DNA of 64,000 nt from Octopus sinensis (Eukaryota): assembly GCF_006345805.1 (NCBI RefSeq), contig NC_043010.1, positions 60,636,001-60,700,000 on the forward strand, read 5' to 3'. Numbering within the stretch: the first letter of the stretch is position 1; every line of letters starts with the position of its first letter. The notes beneath the pieces were generated by a model, which saw nothing but the letters and a program-made list of their open reading frames with translations, was not told the DNA's origin and searched no databases. Position numbers and translations under genes: made by a program. This document shows positions 38,273 to 53,489 of the stretch, piece by piece.

Positions 38273-39139
38273 TGCATACAGCCAACATGCCACAAGCTAC
38301 GCTTGTACATGCAACCTCCACAGCCATCTTCCATTGATGGAAATAACAAACTAGTCTCCTTAAACAGCACAAAATGCAGTCTCTACACCTACCAAGGAAA
38401 CATATGTCTCTATGTATGAACAACACACAAAACTTACAAAGTTACCACAAATACTCGGCTTCACTGTCGCTAAAGCTTATTGCTCTCTCTGTCTCTCTCT
38501 CTCTCGCTCTCTCTCTGTCTCTCTCTCTGTCTCTCTCTCTCTCACCACATTATAAAATTAGCAAAACTGTAAGGCTCCTGCCACAGTGGAATCTCTAAAC
38601 AAGCCTTAAATACATCCCTATTTACAATTCTACAAACAGACTTGGCTACAGACATCTTGCCACTGCTCTAATGTTTTTCTTCTCCTCTGGATTAACATTT
38701 TACCAACCACCTCCACTTCGTATACTCTCCTCTCCTTCCCATTTCCTGCACCTTGCCCATCCTCATATATTTTCTAATATTATCTTACCTAGAATTGAAA
38801 CATTCTCTGTCTCTCCTCCTGTCTGGGTGGTGGTTGTTTTTTAGCCCTAGGTCTGGTCTGATCAAGCAAGCATTTGATCAGCCTTTCCATTCATGACTTT
38901 TTTTTCAGAAGTGTGGGATTACATTATTTATATCTTGTCCTTAAAAACGATGGTACAGTGTGATATGAGGGATGTTTAGCTATGATATCTAACAGGTCAA
39001 GTAACTGTATAGAGACCTTTTTGGCTGTGCTATTTCTTTCTTGCATCAGCTGAAAGGAATCCAGGTTAATTGAACCTTAATCATATCAACTTCAGCTTAA
39101 AATGTCAACAGATACTGACACTCCACTTCTTGATAATGG

Positions 39140-39270
39140 TTTCAAATTTTGACTCAATCGAGGGAGGGGGCCAAGTTGATTACGTCAACCCCAGTGCTCA
39201 ACTGGTACTTACTTAATTGACTCCAAAAGGATGAAAGGCAAAGTCAACCTTGATGGAATTTGAACTCTAA
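39140..39270 (-). mobile_element. tRNA-type SINE fragment
   Basis: ACCCCAGTGCTCAACTGGTACTT..AAAGGATGAAAGGCAAAGTCAACC..ATTTGAACTC, the reverse complement of the family above. Confidence 0.6.
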
Positions 39271-39957
39271 AACTACTACTTAGCAGAACATAGACACCAT
39301 TTCTTAATGACAACAGACCAGGCTTCAGTGAGCAAACCTGTAACCAGAAGCATCCCAGCTATGACAATCCAACCTTTTCTTATGTATGGCTAATCTGTTT
39401 TCACAAAGACTATGTGTGATTTGAGGGATATATGGCTTCAGTTTCTTGCAGAGTAACCAACTACATAAAGGGTTTTCTCACACATGTAAATACCTGTGAA
39501 TATTCTATTGGTTCATTTAATGGACCTTACTCTGGCAAAATGATACAGGTTTACTGGGCACATGATAATATGTTGATATATGCTTCCATATAGTAGTCTT
39601 CAACTTTCTTAGCTAAATATTTAGCAGAACTTCATTAATATATTTATTTTTATTCCACTTATTTAAGAGTTCATGAATGTTATACTGGACCATTTGAATA
39701 AAAGTTTTGGACATTTGATGTTACTTGTAAATGTTAAATAATTCGGTCTTGTTATATCTCAATTTAATTTGTTGAATTACAATTCTTTCTTTGTTAACTG
39801 TCAATAGACATTCTACAACAGAACATTGAAAATATTAGGGTTTTTTTACAATAAACCAAGCTAGTGTGTCCATATATGTAATTCTGAAGGATCAAATGAA
39901 GCATGTTAACTCCCTAACTTTCACATTGGAATCTTGGATTATTCCAGGAATATAACT

Positions 39958-40480
39958 CATCATCATCATCATTATTTAACATCTGTTGTCCATGCTGGCA
40001 TGGGTTGAACAGTTTCACCAGCGCTGGGAAGCTGGAAAGCTGCACCAGACTCCAGGTTTTCTACAGCTAGATGCCCTTCCTAACACCAACCACTCTGAGA
40101 GTGTAATGGGTACTTTTATGTTCCACCAGCACTGGTGCCATTTGTGTGATACCAGTGTCTGCCATGACTGTGATTTTACTTGGCTTGATGGGTCTTCTTC
40201 TCCAGCATGACATAATGCCAAAGTTCTTGGTCATTGCCTCCATGAGGCCCAACACTTAAAAGGAACTCAGTCACTTTGCTTCCTGGATAGCCAACACTCA
40301 AAAAGTGCTTTTTACATGTCACTGGTACAGGTGTCAGTTACGTGGCATGATCATCAGCCACAACTAAGATTTCACTTGGCTTCACGGGTCTTCTCAAGCA
40401 CAGCATATTGCCAAAGATCTTGGTTTCTAGTTGTTGCCTCTATGAGGCTCAAAGTTCAAAGATCATGCATCACCACCTCG
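39958..40480 (-). mobile_element. Degenerate RTE 3' end
   Basis: (CAT)n tail, 3' UTR motifs and ..CACCACCTCGTCCCA (the TWDEVV region). Confidence 0.7.
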
Positions 40481-40696
40481 TCCCATTTTTTTCCCATTTT
40501 TTCTCTAGACATATATTCCATTACAGATTGGCACATCAGAAATATCATTTTTAATTCTTCAGTGAGTATTTAGAGATGGAAATTATATTTGTGCACTGGT
40601 TATTAAAATTTATCATATTTTCATTTTTTAGACATAAAATATTTCTTTTCTTTTGTAGAAATATCTCCTGCTAAAGTGTGATGAAGAATTCCAGAC

Positions 40697-43096
40697 ATGA
40701 CAGCATATATTGGTCTACTGTGTCTTCTACATTTACTGATCACCCTTGTACTGTCCATAGATATTACATACCATGTCAAGGAAGAAGACAGGCCTCACAC
40801 CTATATAGGAGACATTGCTGTTGACTCCAACTTATCACACCCTCTCACACATCAACAACACACTCTCATTACATTTACACAACTACAAAGGACAGTCGAG
40901 AGTGGTTCTCACTTATTTAATGTCACCAACTCAGGAAAACTATACACTACTCAAACACTGGATGCTGAGTCTCTGTGTACATACAACAGGGAATGTTCCA
41001 GAATAGTTAAAGTAGCAGTGAGGAAAGGAAAAACATTTTTGAAAATTCTGAAGATAAAAATATTGATAGAAGACATTAATGACCATTCACCAGAGTTTCC
41101 TTATCAGAAAGTTGACATAGAATTTAGTGAAACTGAATCAAAAGGTCTAACAAAAACAATTCCAAATGCTATTGATGAAGATATTTCAATACAAAATTCT
41201 CAGATTACATACTTGATTAAGAAAACTAAAAGAGAACCATTTTCTCTCTCTGTCACAAAGCGACATGATGGTGTCTATATTCCAGGACTGGTTCTAGAGG
41301 ACAAATTAGACAGAGAACTCAAAGACTCATATATGTTGACTTTAGTAGCTAAAGATGGAGGGTACCCTCCCAAAACAGCTACACTCAAGGTACACATATC
41401 TGTGACAGATGTCAATGATAATGCACCTGTATTTTCTCAGAAACTCTACAACATTTCCATAAGCGATTCACATCAAAGACATTTACCAATTCTTACTTTA
41501 AAGGCCACAGATCAAGATTCTGGAGACAATGGAAAGATTTCTTATCATTTCAACCATAAAACATCTCGAAATATCCAGAAATATTTTGTATTAGATAAGA
41601 AAACAGGTGATTTATTTTTACATGATAATTTTCATTTCAGTAAAAAGCAATCATATAAGTTATTTATAGAAGCAAGAGATGGAGGAAAACCTCCCCTTAG
41701 TTCTGTAACCAAAGTCCAGATTCACATTATTAATAACCAAAATACTGCTCCATTGATAAACATAGATTTTGTATCTCCTTTGTCAGAGAGCTCAGCAGCA
41801 GTTTCAGAAGACAGTGAAGTAGATAGTTTTATAGCTTATGTTATGGTCACTGACACTGATAGTGGACCTAATGGTGAGGTTATCTGTGATTTAAAACATG
41901 ATAAATTTAAACTTGCCAAAATAGATTCTAAAGAATATAAAATGATTGTTAAGGGTCATCTTGACAGAGAAATAAGGGACCACTATAAAGTATCTATTAT
42001 GTGTCATGACATGGGGTCACCTCAACTAGAAAGTAAAAAATATTTCTCTGTCAAAGTAACTGATGTCAATGATGTAGAACCACATTTCACCAAAGAGACA
42101 TTCCAATTCCTCACCTATGAAAACCAGAAAGTTGACTTCCCTATTGGCTTCATCAATGCTACAGACCCTGATCTTGGAGATGGAGGCCAACTTACATATT
42201 CTATCATCAATGATAACAACAATGATAACATTCCTTTCCAACTGACAAAATATGGATTTATTTCTACATCACAATCAATAGATCGAGAAATGAAAGACAT
42301 CTATAAGTTCCAGGTTTTAGTGAAAGATAAGGGAACACCTTCTCTCAATGACACTGCCAATATTGTTATTGAGATTCTAGATAAAAATGATAATGCTCCG
42401 TATTTTACGTTTCCTAATAATGACCCTTACAATCTAGATGTCCACTACCATCCACACAGTAAGAAGGACATCACAATTCTGAGAGCATCTGACAAAGACA
42501 CTGGAAACAATGCTTTCCTCACATATGGAATACTGAGATCCAATGATAAAAACCTGTTTACTGTGAACTCACACACTGGTGTGTTATCTTTCTCTCGCAC
42601 AGTTTACCAAAATGATGCAGGAACATATGAGCTGCAGTTTATAGTGAAAGACGGTGGTACTCCAGTTCAATCAGCAACAACTGCTATCATACTAACACTG
42701 TTTGTTAGTAATGATACATCTCCAATGTTGACTGCTGTGCCATTCCAGTCTGGTCACGACCTGAATATGACTTGGGTAATTATCATTGTAGCAGCAGCTG
42801 TAATACTATCTGTGGCTATTGTAGTGTCCATAACACTGTGTGTTTTCAGATGTATTAATCACACAAATAACTCACCCACAACAGCAGAGAATCCCAACTT
42901 TCTCTCTCAGACTGAGATGAGACAATTACTGTATCAGACTAACAATCCTGTTGCAATAACGAGAAATGCAGAAGAGATATTTAACCGAAATCTTCAGACA
43001 ATAAAATCTAAAAGTCAGTTTTTTCTGGAGATGGAACAGACACCAGAGGAGTGGAAATTCTCAACAACACAAAGGAGACTTCCACCTGTGCCTCAG
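40697..43096 (+). CDS. Pcdh: Protocadherin C5, large ectodomain exon
   Basis: Open 800 codons to donor CAG|GTAAAT at 43096/43097; the ORF-track extension to 43240 is intron read-through. Confidence 0.97.
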
Positions 43097-43433
43097 GTAA
43101 ATATTATTTTAATTGATTTTTCGGAAATGATATATCACAGATGTGGTTATAACAGTTATGTTCTAGTTTGTATATTTTTTCCTTTCCTTTCTAGAAATGT
43201 AAAAGCTTTCCTATCAATTTACACCTTTCAGAATAAGTAGAATTACTTCATTTAACAACTAAACTTGTTTCTCTAATTCTTTTACACAAATAAATTGTTG
43301 AATATTAATATTTCTGTTGGTGTGATTCTATTACTCTTCCTTGTGTCTTACCTGGGGCATTCTAGAATATAAATGCAAATGTTTCTTCTTTTTAAACTAA
43401 TGATTCACTCTGCTTTGTTATTCCAATCAACAG

Positions 43434-43822
43434 AGATGTGATTCAATCCATAGTCAAGAACGTCGCACCAGTTCCATCATGTCTTACAACAGTGACACCT
43501 TAACATCCCAAAAGGACAGAGAAGCTAGCAAGAGTAATGGCAAGACTAAACCATATGATGAGATACCTGCAGAACCAGGTAACTTTTATCGAAACATTAC
43601 ATATAAATGTAATTGCCTTTATTACTGCAGGACAATATATAATGTTATGCTTAGTGTAATATAAGATCAATGTTTCTATCTTTATACATTGGAGTTGTTA
43701 TATTGAAATGTAATTTGTGTTTGTATATTTGATATTTTGCAGAATATACCAATGACAATCCAGTGGCAGCCACAATACTAAAGGGACAACAAATACAAGA
43801 TACCTATCTACAGCCAACATAG
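43434..43822 (+). CDS. Pcdh: C5 cytoplasmic exons 2 (43434-43578) and 3 (43743-43822)
   Basis: Same splice sites, lengths and stop as C1. Confidence 0.82.
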
Positions 43823-44609
43823 TAGATGTTCCATGACTATTGTTAAATGATTCTCTCACACACCAAATCTTATACAATACTATATATACAGATAAAAATA
43901 TCAACTCTATGTTTCTTTCACACATCACACACGTAAGGGGCCTTACAGTTGCATCACTTATGACTCCTAATTTCCATCTCCGGTACATTAATTGTTACAA
44001 ACACGCAGCTCTACATTACCATAGTTAATTATTATAGTTATTTTCCCGTCAGTTTCAGTATAGACATTTCACTAAGCATAGATAAATTAGTCTGAGTCTT
44101 CCTCGATGGTTTAATTATATTGTTTTCATTTGACACCAATTCTAAATTGTACTATCGATTATTTCACAATTTTTTCTCTTAGCCTTTACTCATTGTATCA
44201 ACTTAAGAAGTACTTTTACAAATTACCATCCTCATAGATAGATAGTTGTTGTTGACCTCTAAAATTAAAGATTGCATACTACAAAAACCTACTCATTTTT
44301 GAACTTTTGTTAAATTTTAAAATTGATCAAATATTGAAGATAAATTAGAATATTTCTGGAAAATCATTTTTTCCTTCAAAATAATTCATTTGGAAATATT
44401 TTTATTTCTATGATTAAATTAGATTTATTTAAATTTTATTTAAAATAAACTTTAAAAATAGACAAACTTTTACTGTCTGTAATAAAATGTACATCTTTTT
44501 TTAAAAAAAAGGTGTCAAATTATGTTATAATACATTTGTATTTTTCATGTAAACTTTTAATTTCTGGACAGAAAATATGTAATATATTGTTATTATTACA
44601 TATCAACTA

Positions 44610-45245
44610 TGAAGTTGCTTCTGTTTAACATGAATTCTGTTGTTTGATGTGTTTGTGTGACACAGACAACATTGCAGTAATTTCCTATTGGATGAGAGAG
44701 ATTTTCTATATTTCTTTCAATATTGAAAGTGAGGCTGATAGCTTTTTTCTTTGTTCATCATACACACAATTGGGTGTGTGTGTGTGTGGAGGACATAGAG
44801 TTGTAACTAGCACACACCAGCATCTGGCTAACATCTCACCTCCCACTACATACAGCAACTGTCACACTATTATATCAGCAGTTACACAGGAACAGCAGCA
44901 GCAGCAGCAGTAACACAGGAACACTACTACAACAGCAGCAGTACCACTATAATACCACTACAGCAGCAGCAGCAGCAGTTGGAGTGGAACACTACAGCAG
45001 GATACACATCATCCATCACACACAACTACAGTGAAGGATTAAACAATGCAGGTAAGTCTCTCTCTCTCTCTCTCTCTTTCTCTTTATTATCTTTTCATAT
45101 TCATTATAACATTTATATTATTTGTGTTTCTAGTGAAAGACAGGGTAAGGATAATATCTAAAATGTCTGCCATGTTGTATATATACAGGGACTGGGACAG
45201 TGGAGGATCGAGAGATCTAGCCATCACTTCCACCATTAACAACAA
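44610..45245 (+). promoter_or_regulatory. Conserved block 5 (donor GT at 45052), putative promoter/first exon of C6
   Basis: Paralog of block 1. Confidence 0.55.
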
Positions 45246-45844
45246 CTGCAAGAACAGCAGTAGTCATTGTAATACAATTACTTCAAACTGAATTACATCT
45301 TTTAATGTCAGCATCACATAAGACAACATTATACAAGAGATATTAAACTATATATATATATTGCTGTGATATATTTTATATACAATATTGGTCTAATATA
45401 GTCCAAAGTAAGTGTATGTATATTTATTTCGGTATCAGAAAGCATTTATTGAAAACCAATAAGATTGGGTTTCAGTAATGTATGTCAGTATAGTTTAAAT
45501 CTATTTTGTTATAATAATTCACCAATTAAATCTTAATCATTCTCCACCATTTACAAATGCTAACAAATCACTAATATCCCTGTGTATAGATATTTATATA
45601 TATATGTATGTATATATTAAACTGATAGGAGTAGGTATTAAACCTTGATGTGTGTGTATATATATATATATATATATAAAGAAGTATTATTACCGTTATT
45701 TATAGTAATAATAAGGTGACTACCAAGTTCTTGCCTTTACAGGCACAATATAAGGTAAAATGAGATTCAGTAGAGAATATAATACCACTTGTTAAATATC
45801 TTTTGTATATTTCTATGTATTTATATTAAACTTGGAATGTTTTT

Positions 45845-45903
45845 ATATTATTATTATTATTATCATCATCATCATCATCATCAGTAGTAGTAGTAGTAGT
45901 AGT

Positions 45904-45968
<65 letters not shown>

Positions 45969-45975
45969 TAGTAGT
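45845..45975. repeat. (ATT)n-(CAT)n-(AGT)n compound microsatellite
   Basis: Direct reading; (AGT)n is periodically interrupted by AGTT. Confidence 0.9.
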
Positions 45976-46014
45976 ATCAAGATGGTGATAAATATAGTCA
46001 TGTGTTCATCACCA

Positions 46015-46800
46015 TTATCATCATCATCATCATCGGTTAATATCCGTCTTCCATGCATGTATGGTTAGGACGGTTGACTGGAGCAGGCCAGGTAGAAGAG
46101 TAACCCAGGTATCTGTCTGTTTTGGCAGGGTTTTTACTGCTGGACGCCCTTCCTAACACCAGCCACTCTGACAACAGAGATGTATTTTGTAGATTTGTTG
46201 TCTCTGAAGTTTGTGAATATCCTGTGATGGTATTGGTTATCATCATCATCATCATCATTGTTTAACGTCCGTTTTCCCTGCTGGCATGGGTTGGACAGTT
46301 TGACTGAGGTTTGGAGAGCCAGCAACTGCACCAGGCTCCAATCTGATCTGGCAATGTTTCTATAGCTAGATGCCCTTCCTAACGTCAACCACTCTGAGAG
46401 TGTAGTGGGTGCTTTTTACGTGCCACTGGCATCAATCACATTCAGATAGTTCTTTTTACATGCCACCAGCATGGGAGCCAGTCAGTGGGCACGGGCATTG
46501 ACCATGTTTGGATGGTGCCTTCTCCATGCCACTGGCACAGGAGCCAGTCAGGTGAACCTGGCATTGACCACATTCAGATGGTGCTTTTTACATGCCACTG
46601 TTACAGGAGCCAGGCAGTGGGCACTGGCATCAACCACATTCAGATGGTGTATTTTATGTGCCACCAGCATGGGTGTCAGTCAGGAGGTACTGGCCATAGC
46701 TACAATTTTGGTTTTACTTGACTCAACAGGTCTTCTCAAGCATATCATATTGCTTGATGCATCAAAGTACTTTTAAATGGGCCAGACATGCAACAATGGC
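46015..46800 (-). mobile_element. Two adjacent RTE 3'-end fragments
   Basis: Two (CAT)n tails (~46017, ~46240), each followed by GATGCCCTTCCTAAC-type UTR sequence. Confidence 0.75.
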
Positions 46801-46914
46801 ATTCAGCCATGGCTGCGATCTCACTTTAGTCTTCATCTTTTAAATTTATTGCTAAATTAGTCACAATAAATGTTGGATCTCTATATTGAGCTTGTAATTA
46901 TCTTTCCTATGCAA

Positions 46915-47100
46915 ATTAGGGAGGTGGATTGGCAGAATTGTTAGAACATCAGATAAAATACTTTTGCAGTATTTGTTCCAGTTCTTTACTTTCTGATTTC
47001 AAGTCTTGTTGAAGTCATCTTCACTTTTCATCCCTCTAGGGTCAATAAAGTAAACTACCAGTCAGAGTACTGTGACAAACTTCATTTACTAAACCCTCCC
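46915..47100 (+). mobile_element. tRNA-type SINE (degenerate)
   Basis: GGCAGAATTGTTAGAAC..TTTTCATCCCTCTAGGGTCAATAAAGTAAACTACCAG. Confidence 0.55.
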
Positions 47101-48351
47101 TCCAAATTTATGGCCATATCTCTATATCAGAGGTAATTGTCTTCAATTTCAATGTATTCTACATCTTTATAAATCTCTTTTTCACCTTTCTAATAAAAAC
47201 TGTTGCCACACCTGGGCTGGTAACCCTGCAGGTGTCTCTACCAGTGTTCTTTCTCTCCTTGATTACATTCAGAAGCAAATTTCTAACATTATTGGTCCTG
47301 TTTTACCACCATTAGAACATTCCTTCTTTATCTCTATTCTATAAATATCTCCATGGTCATTCTTTTGCCAAACATTCCTCTTTTATTCTCCCTCTTGAGG
47401 TTGCCAATCAAATGGTTCACTTTTCTACTAATTATCATTCTTTCTCTATCAATGTTTCTCCACCACACCTATTACTAGTGTTTCTACTTCAGTAGTTTCT
47501 TGCATCAGATATCTGAACCCTCTTCCTTCTTATCGTTTCTCTGAGAGATATAAGTTTAATTATTTTTAACCTTAAGCACCACAATATGGAGGATTTATCA
47601 CCAGCATTGCCCAAACAACCTTAACATCAGATTCAGAATTCATTCAAGTCTCAGGCCATATACCATGCACCCCCAACACCGTTTAGGATCACAGCATGTC
47701 AATTCACTGTATCACAAATTTCTTTTCCTCAACAGGCTCTGTTCTATTTAACATTATCCCAAACAAAAGATCTTTTCACCTTCACACAAAACCTGAACAA
47801 ATTTCTTCAAGGATACCAGATAATTCACCTATACCTGGATACATTTCAATCAAAAACAACTCCCTCCTTCAGTGGGCTATGATACCACAAAACTTGACTT
47901 CAAAATGACTTAACAGATCCTATCAAGTGGTGCTATTAAGTTAGATATGGTTTGGGCCAATCTTTGGTCAAAACACAAAGTTATTTATCTTACATTGATT
48001 ATTTTAAGATGTTTTTTAGGGCACCTTCTCATTAGTTATGGTGTTGTTGAGTTCTGCCGTCACAGTTTACACCTCTGTATGTAATTCCATCTTTCACATG
48101 ATGTTGGACAAGTTAAAAAACTTAAAATTAATCGGAATTGCATTACACAGGACAAAATGTCTGATTCCTTTTCAATCTTCATTAGGGAACCTTAATGAAA
48201 GACACTGATCTAGTGAAATATAACTGAAGAAAGAAAAAATATTTAGACTATCATTATTATAATGATGAGTCATTTTTTACATAGACTTTAAATATTTCTA
48301 TTTTCTTTTGTAGCAATTTCTCCTGCTAAAATGTGATGAAGAATTCCAGAC

Positions 48352-50751
48352 ATGACAGCATATATTGGTCTACTGTGTCTTCTACATTTACTGATCACCC
48401 TTGTACTGTCCATAGATATTACATACCATGTCAAGGAAGAAGACAGACCTCACACCTATATTGGAGACATTGCTGTTGACTCCAACTTATCACACCCTCT
48501 CACACATCAACAACACACTCTCATTACATTTACACAACTACAAAGGACAGTCGAGAGTGGTTCTCACTTATTTAATGTCACCAACTCAGGAAAACTATAC
48601 ACTACTCAAACACTGAATGCTGAGTCTCTGTGTACATACAACAAGGAATGTTCCAGAATAGTTAAAGTAGCAGTGAGGAAAGGAAAAACTTTTATGAAAA
48701 TATTAAGGATAAAAATATTGATAGAAGACATCAATGACCATTCTCCAGAATTTCCACAGAATGAAGTTGAAATTGAATTTTCTGAAAGAGATAGAAAAGG
48801 CGATAAAATATCTCTTCTCAATGCCATTGATAAAGATATTTCAATAAAGAATTCGCAAATAACATATATGATTAAGAAAACTAAGAGAGAACCATTTTCT
48901 CTCTCAGTTGAAAAGCGTTATGATGGTGTTTACATACCTACTCTAGTTCTAGGAGATAAATTGGACAGGGAAGTAAAAGATTCATATACGTTAACCGTAG
49001 AAGCTAAAGATGGAGGGAATCCTCCCAACACTGCTACACTCAAGGTACATGTATCTGTGACAGATGTCAATGATAACATACCTATATTTTCACAAAAAGT
49101 CTACAACATCTCTATAAGTAATTCACATCAAAGACATTTACCAATTCTTACTTTAAAAGCCACAGATCGAGATTCTGGAGACAATGGAAAGATTTCTTAC
49201 CATTTCAACCATAAAACATCTCAAAATGTCCAGAAATATTTTGTATTAGATAAAAAAACTGGAGATTTATTTTTACATGATAATTTTCAGGTTAGTAAAA
49301 AGCAATCTTACAAATTATTTATTGAAGCAAGAGATGGAGGAAAACCTCCCCTTAGTTCTGTAACCAAAGTGCAGATTCATGTAGTCAATAATCAGAATAA
49401 TGCTCCATTAATTAATATAGATTTTGTATCTCCTTTATCAGAGAGCTCAGCAGCAGTTTCAGAAGACAGTGAAGTAGATAGTTTTATAGCTTATGTTATG
49501 GTCACTGACACTGATAGTGGACCTAATGGTGAGGTTATCTGTGATTTAAAACATGATAAGTTTAAACTTGCCAAAATTGATTCTAAAGAATATAAAATGA
49601 TTGTTAAGGGCCATCTTGACAGAGAAATAAGGGACCACTATAAAGTATCTATTGTGTGTCATGACATGGGGTCACCTCAACTAGAAAGTAAAAAATATTT
49701 CTCTGTCAAAGTAACTGATGTCAATGATGTAGAACCACATTTTACCAAAGAGACATTCCAATTCCTCACCTATGAAAACCAGAAAGTTGACTTCCCTATT
49801 GGCTTCATCAATGCTACAGACCCTGATCTTGGAGATGGAGGCCAACTTACATATTCTATCATCAATGATAACAACAATGATAACATTCCTTTCCAACTGA
49901 CCAAATATGGATTTATTTCTACATCACAACCAATAGATCGAGAAATGAAAGACATCTATAAGTTCCAGGTTTTAGTGAAAGATAATGGAACACCTTCTCT
50001 CAATGACACTGCCAATATTGTTATTGAGATTCTAGATAAAAATGATAATGCTCCGTATTTTACGTTTCCTAATAATGACCCTTACAATCTCGATGTCCAT
50101 TACCATCCGCACAGTAAAAAGGACATCACAATTCTGAGAGCATCTGACAAAGACACTGGAAACAATGCTTTCCTCACATATGGAATACTGAGATCCAATG
50201 ATAAAAACCTGTTTACTGTGAACTCACACACTGGTGTGTTATCTTTCTCTCGCACAGTTTACCAAAATGATGCAGGAACATATGAGCTGCAGTTTATAGT
50301 GAAAGACGGTGGTACTCCAGTTCAATCAGCAACAACTGCTATCATACTAACACTGTTTGTTAGTAATGATACATCTCCAATGTTGACTGCTGTGCCATTC
50401 CAGTCTGGTCACGACCTGAATATGACTTGGGTAATTATCATTGTAGCAGCAGCTGTAATACTATCTGTGGCTATTGTAGTGTCCATAACACTGTGTGTTT
50501 TCAGATGTATTAATCACACAAATAACTCACCCACAACAGCAGAGAATCCCAACTTTCTCTCTCAGACTGAGATGAGACAATTACTGTATCAGACTAACAA
50601 TCCTGTTGCAATAACGAGAAATGCAGAAGAGATATTTAACCGAAATCTTCAGACAATAAAATCTAAAAGTCAGTTTTTTCTGGAGATGGAACAGACACCA
50701 GAGGAGTGGAAATTCTCAACAACACAAAGGAGACTTCCACCTGTGCCTCAG
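48352..50751 (+). CDS. Pcdh: Protocadherin C6, large ectodomain exon
   Basis: Open 800 codons to donor at 50751/50752. Confidence 0.97.
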
Positions 50752-52303
50752 GTAAATATTATTTTGAATATTTTCCATTTTAAGACAAAAATATTTACAC
50801 TGGTGCATATATAAATGTGCGTATGTATGTAATTGTTTGTTTGAGTGAATTAAATTACTCAATAAACTAGAATGACCCTCCAATATACCTCATACAAAGA
50901 TATGGAATATTTCTTACATGTCACCTTGTAATCATCCTCATCTTTGTTTAACGTCCGCTTTAAACGATGATGATGATGATGATAACAAGGTGACATGTGA
51001 GAAATATTCCATCTCTTTGTATATATTTCAATTAGGTATATGATATTTTGCCCCTTGAAATGACACTTTCATTTCCATAACACAAAGCAATTATGAATCT
51101 ATAATTATATAATTATAATTAATATCTATAATTCTGAAACAATCAGTTCCTTGTAAAATTCAGAGATATTGAAATGTAATATTCTTTTTTCTCTTGTGTA
51201 TTGCAAATTTGAATCATGTCTGTTAATTCATTGGAAATATTTGCAATATTGGTGATGTCTAAATATTCTAAAAGAGTTTTAATTATTTATCTGGTCTATA
51301 AAAATGACAATGTTTTAGTCATTTGCATCTAGCTTCTGTTTTGGTTACTTTGATTTCCAATTAATTATAAATGAAGATGAAAATATATTTTCATCTCTAA
51401 AGTTGGGGTTAATAATCTGACAAATCTTATTCAAAAAATATATTTTAAATACATTTGTATTAATTAAAGTAATATTTCATATTTATACTCTTGTTACATT
51501 TAATTCATTAATGGTTACTGCAGATAATTAAACTAGTTTATTCTAGTTTTAATTGTATCATCAGAACATTATTGGATACTCTCTGCCAATATGGTTGGTC
51601 AAAGTTGTATCAGAGTGTTTGAACGTCTTTCAGTCTTGATTGATGACAAAGTTTGATTTTATAAGGTTCCAAATTATAATTATAAGGGTAAGAAATATGT
51701 TGGTTTTCATGAGAGGTGTTTATTTTGGACATTTATTCAATAAGAAACTTGAAATAGCTGCAGAATTCACTATCAGGTCATGGAATTATTATCCTATGGG
51801 AATACTTGAAATCAAAGAAGATTTTCTGCCTCTGAAAACTTTTTATTTTTCAAGTGATCTACAACAGGATTGAGCCAGAATTAATTTTCGTTTCTCTCAT
51901 ACAAAAAGTCAATCCCAGAATGTCAGATTCCTCTTCTTCACAACATCAGAAGAACTTATCAAAGCCCATCAACTTCACTGAAGGATTTTTGCCAAAACAG
52001 ACCACCACCAGTTCCTGTGGCATCTGCATGGTATTAGTTATTAGAACAATGTGTAATATCTCTAACTGAGAATCAAACCTCACTTACAAATACAACTGAC
52101 TGGAGTTTAACTTCTATTCTATGGAACTTAAAAGCCAACAATGGTATTTCTTTCTTCAAACTCTGAGATTTATTCTAAATGTGTACACACACTATTTTAA
52201 AATTTCACCTGCATATATTTCTATTATAGATGAACATTTTTCTTCCTAATGTTTCTGTTATATTATTTTTCAACATTGTTTCACTCTGTTTTCTAATCAC
52301 CAG

Positions 52304-52692
52304 AGATGTGATTCAATCCATAGTCAAGGACGTCGCACCAGTTCCATCATGTCTTACAACAGTGACACCTTAACATCCCAAAAGGACAGAGAAGCTAGCA
52401 AGAGTAATGGCAAGACTAAACCATATGATGAGATACCTGCAGAACCAGGTAACTTTTATCAAAACATAACATATAAATGTAATTGCCTTTATTACTGTAG
52501 GACAATATATAATGTTATGCTTAGTGTAATACAAGATCAATGTTTCTATCTTTATATATTGGAGTTGTTATATTGAAATGTAATTTGTGTTTGTATATTT
52601 GATATTTTGCAGAATATACCAATGACAATCCAGTTGCAGCCACAATACTAAAGGGACAACAAATACAAGATACCTATCTACAGCCAACATAG
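52304..52692 (+). CDS. Pcdh: C6 cytoplasmic exons 2 (52304-52448) and 3 (52613-52692)
   Basis: Same exons as the other copies, after an enlarged ~1.55 kb intron 1. Confidence 0.82.
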
Positions 52693-53489
52693 TAGATGTT
52701 CCATGACTATTGTTAAATGATTCTCTCACACACCAAATCTTATACAATACTTTATATTCATATGAAAAATATCAACTCTATGTTTCTTTCATACATCACA
52801 CATAAAGGGCCTTACATTGGCATCTGTTATGACCCCTAATTTACATTTCTGATGCATTAAATACTAGAAACACCTTACTTTATATTACCATAGTACATTA
52901 GTATAAAATAATTATTTTACTTTCATTTTGGTATAGGCATTTCACTAAACATAGATAACTTTATCTGAGTCATCCTAGAATGTTTAATTATAGTATCTTT
53001 TAGTTTAACACCAATTCTAACATGTATCTTCTGCTGTTTTACCTTTATTTACAACTTTTGTCTTTGCATTTTTTTTTCTATATCAACTCTAAAAGTAGTT
53101 TTACAAATTACCAGATTGATAATTATTTTAGAGAAATAGCATACTACAAACACCTTATCATATTTGAACTTTTGTTGAATTTTGAAATTGCAAAGTTTCT
53201 TTTACAAAGTCAGATATTGAAGATAAATTAGAATATTTCTAGAAAATAGCTTCAGCATTCAAAATAATTAATTTGGAAATATTTTCATTTCCACACTTAA
53301 AATTAGGTTAATTTAAACTTTAATTAAAATGAACTTTAAAAGTGATCAAATTTTGGTTGTCTTTACTAAAATTTACATCTCTCTGCAGAAATATTTAAAA
53401 TTGTATAATAATAAGTTTTGTATTTTTCATGTAAATTTTTAATTTCTGAACAGAAAATATGTAATATATTGTTATTATTACATATCAAC

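Noticed and set aside
43097-43240. Longer C-termini of C5 (847 aa), C6 (820 aa) and the C7 piece
   Set aside because: Read-through past the conserved GTAAAT donor into intron 1.
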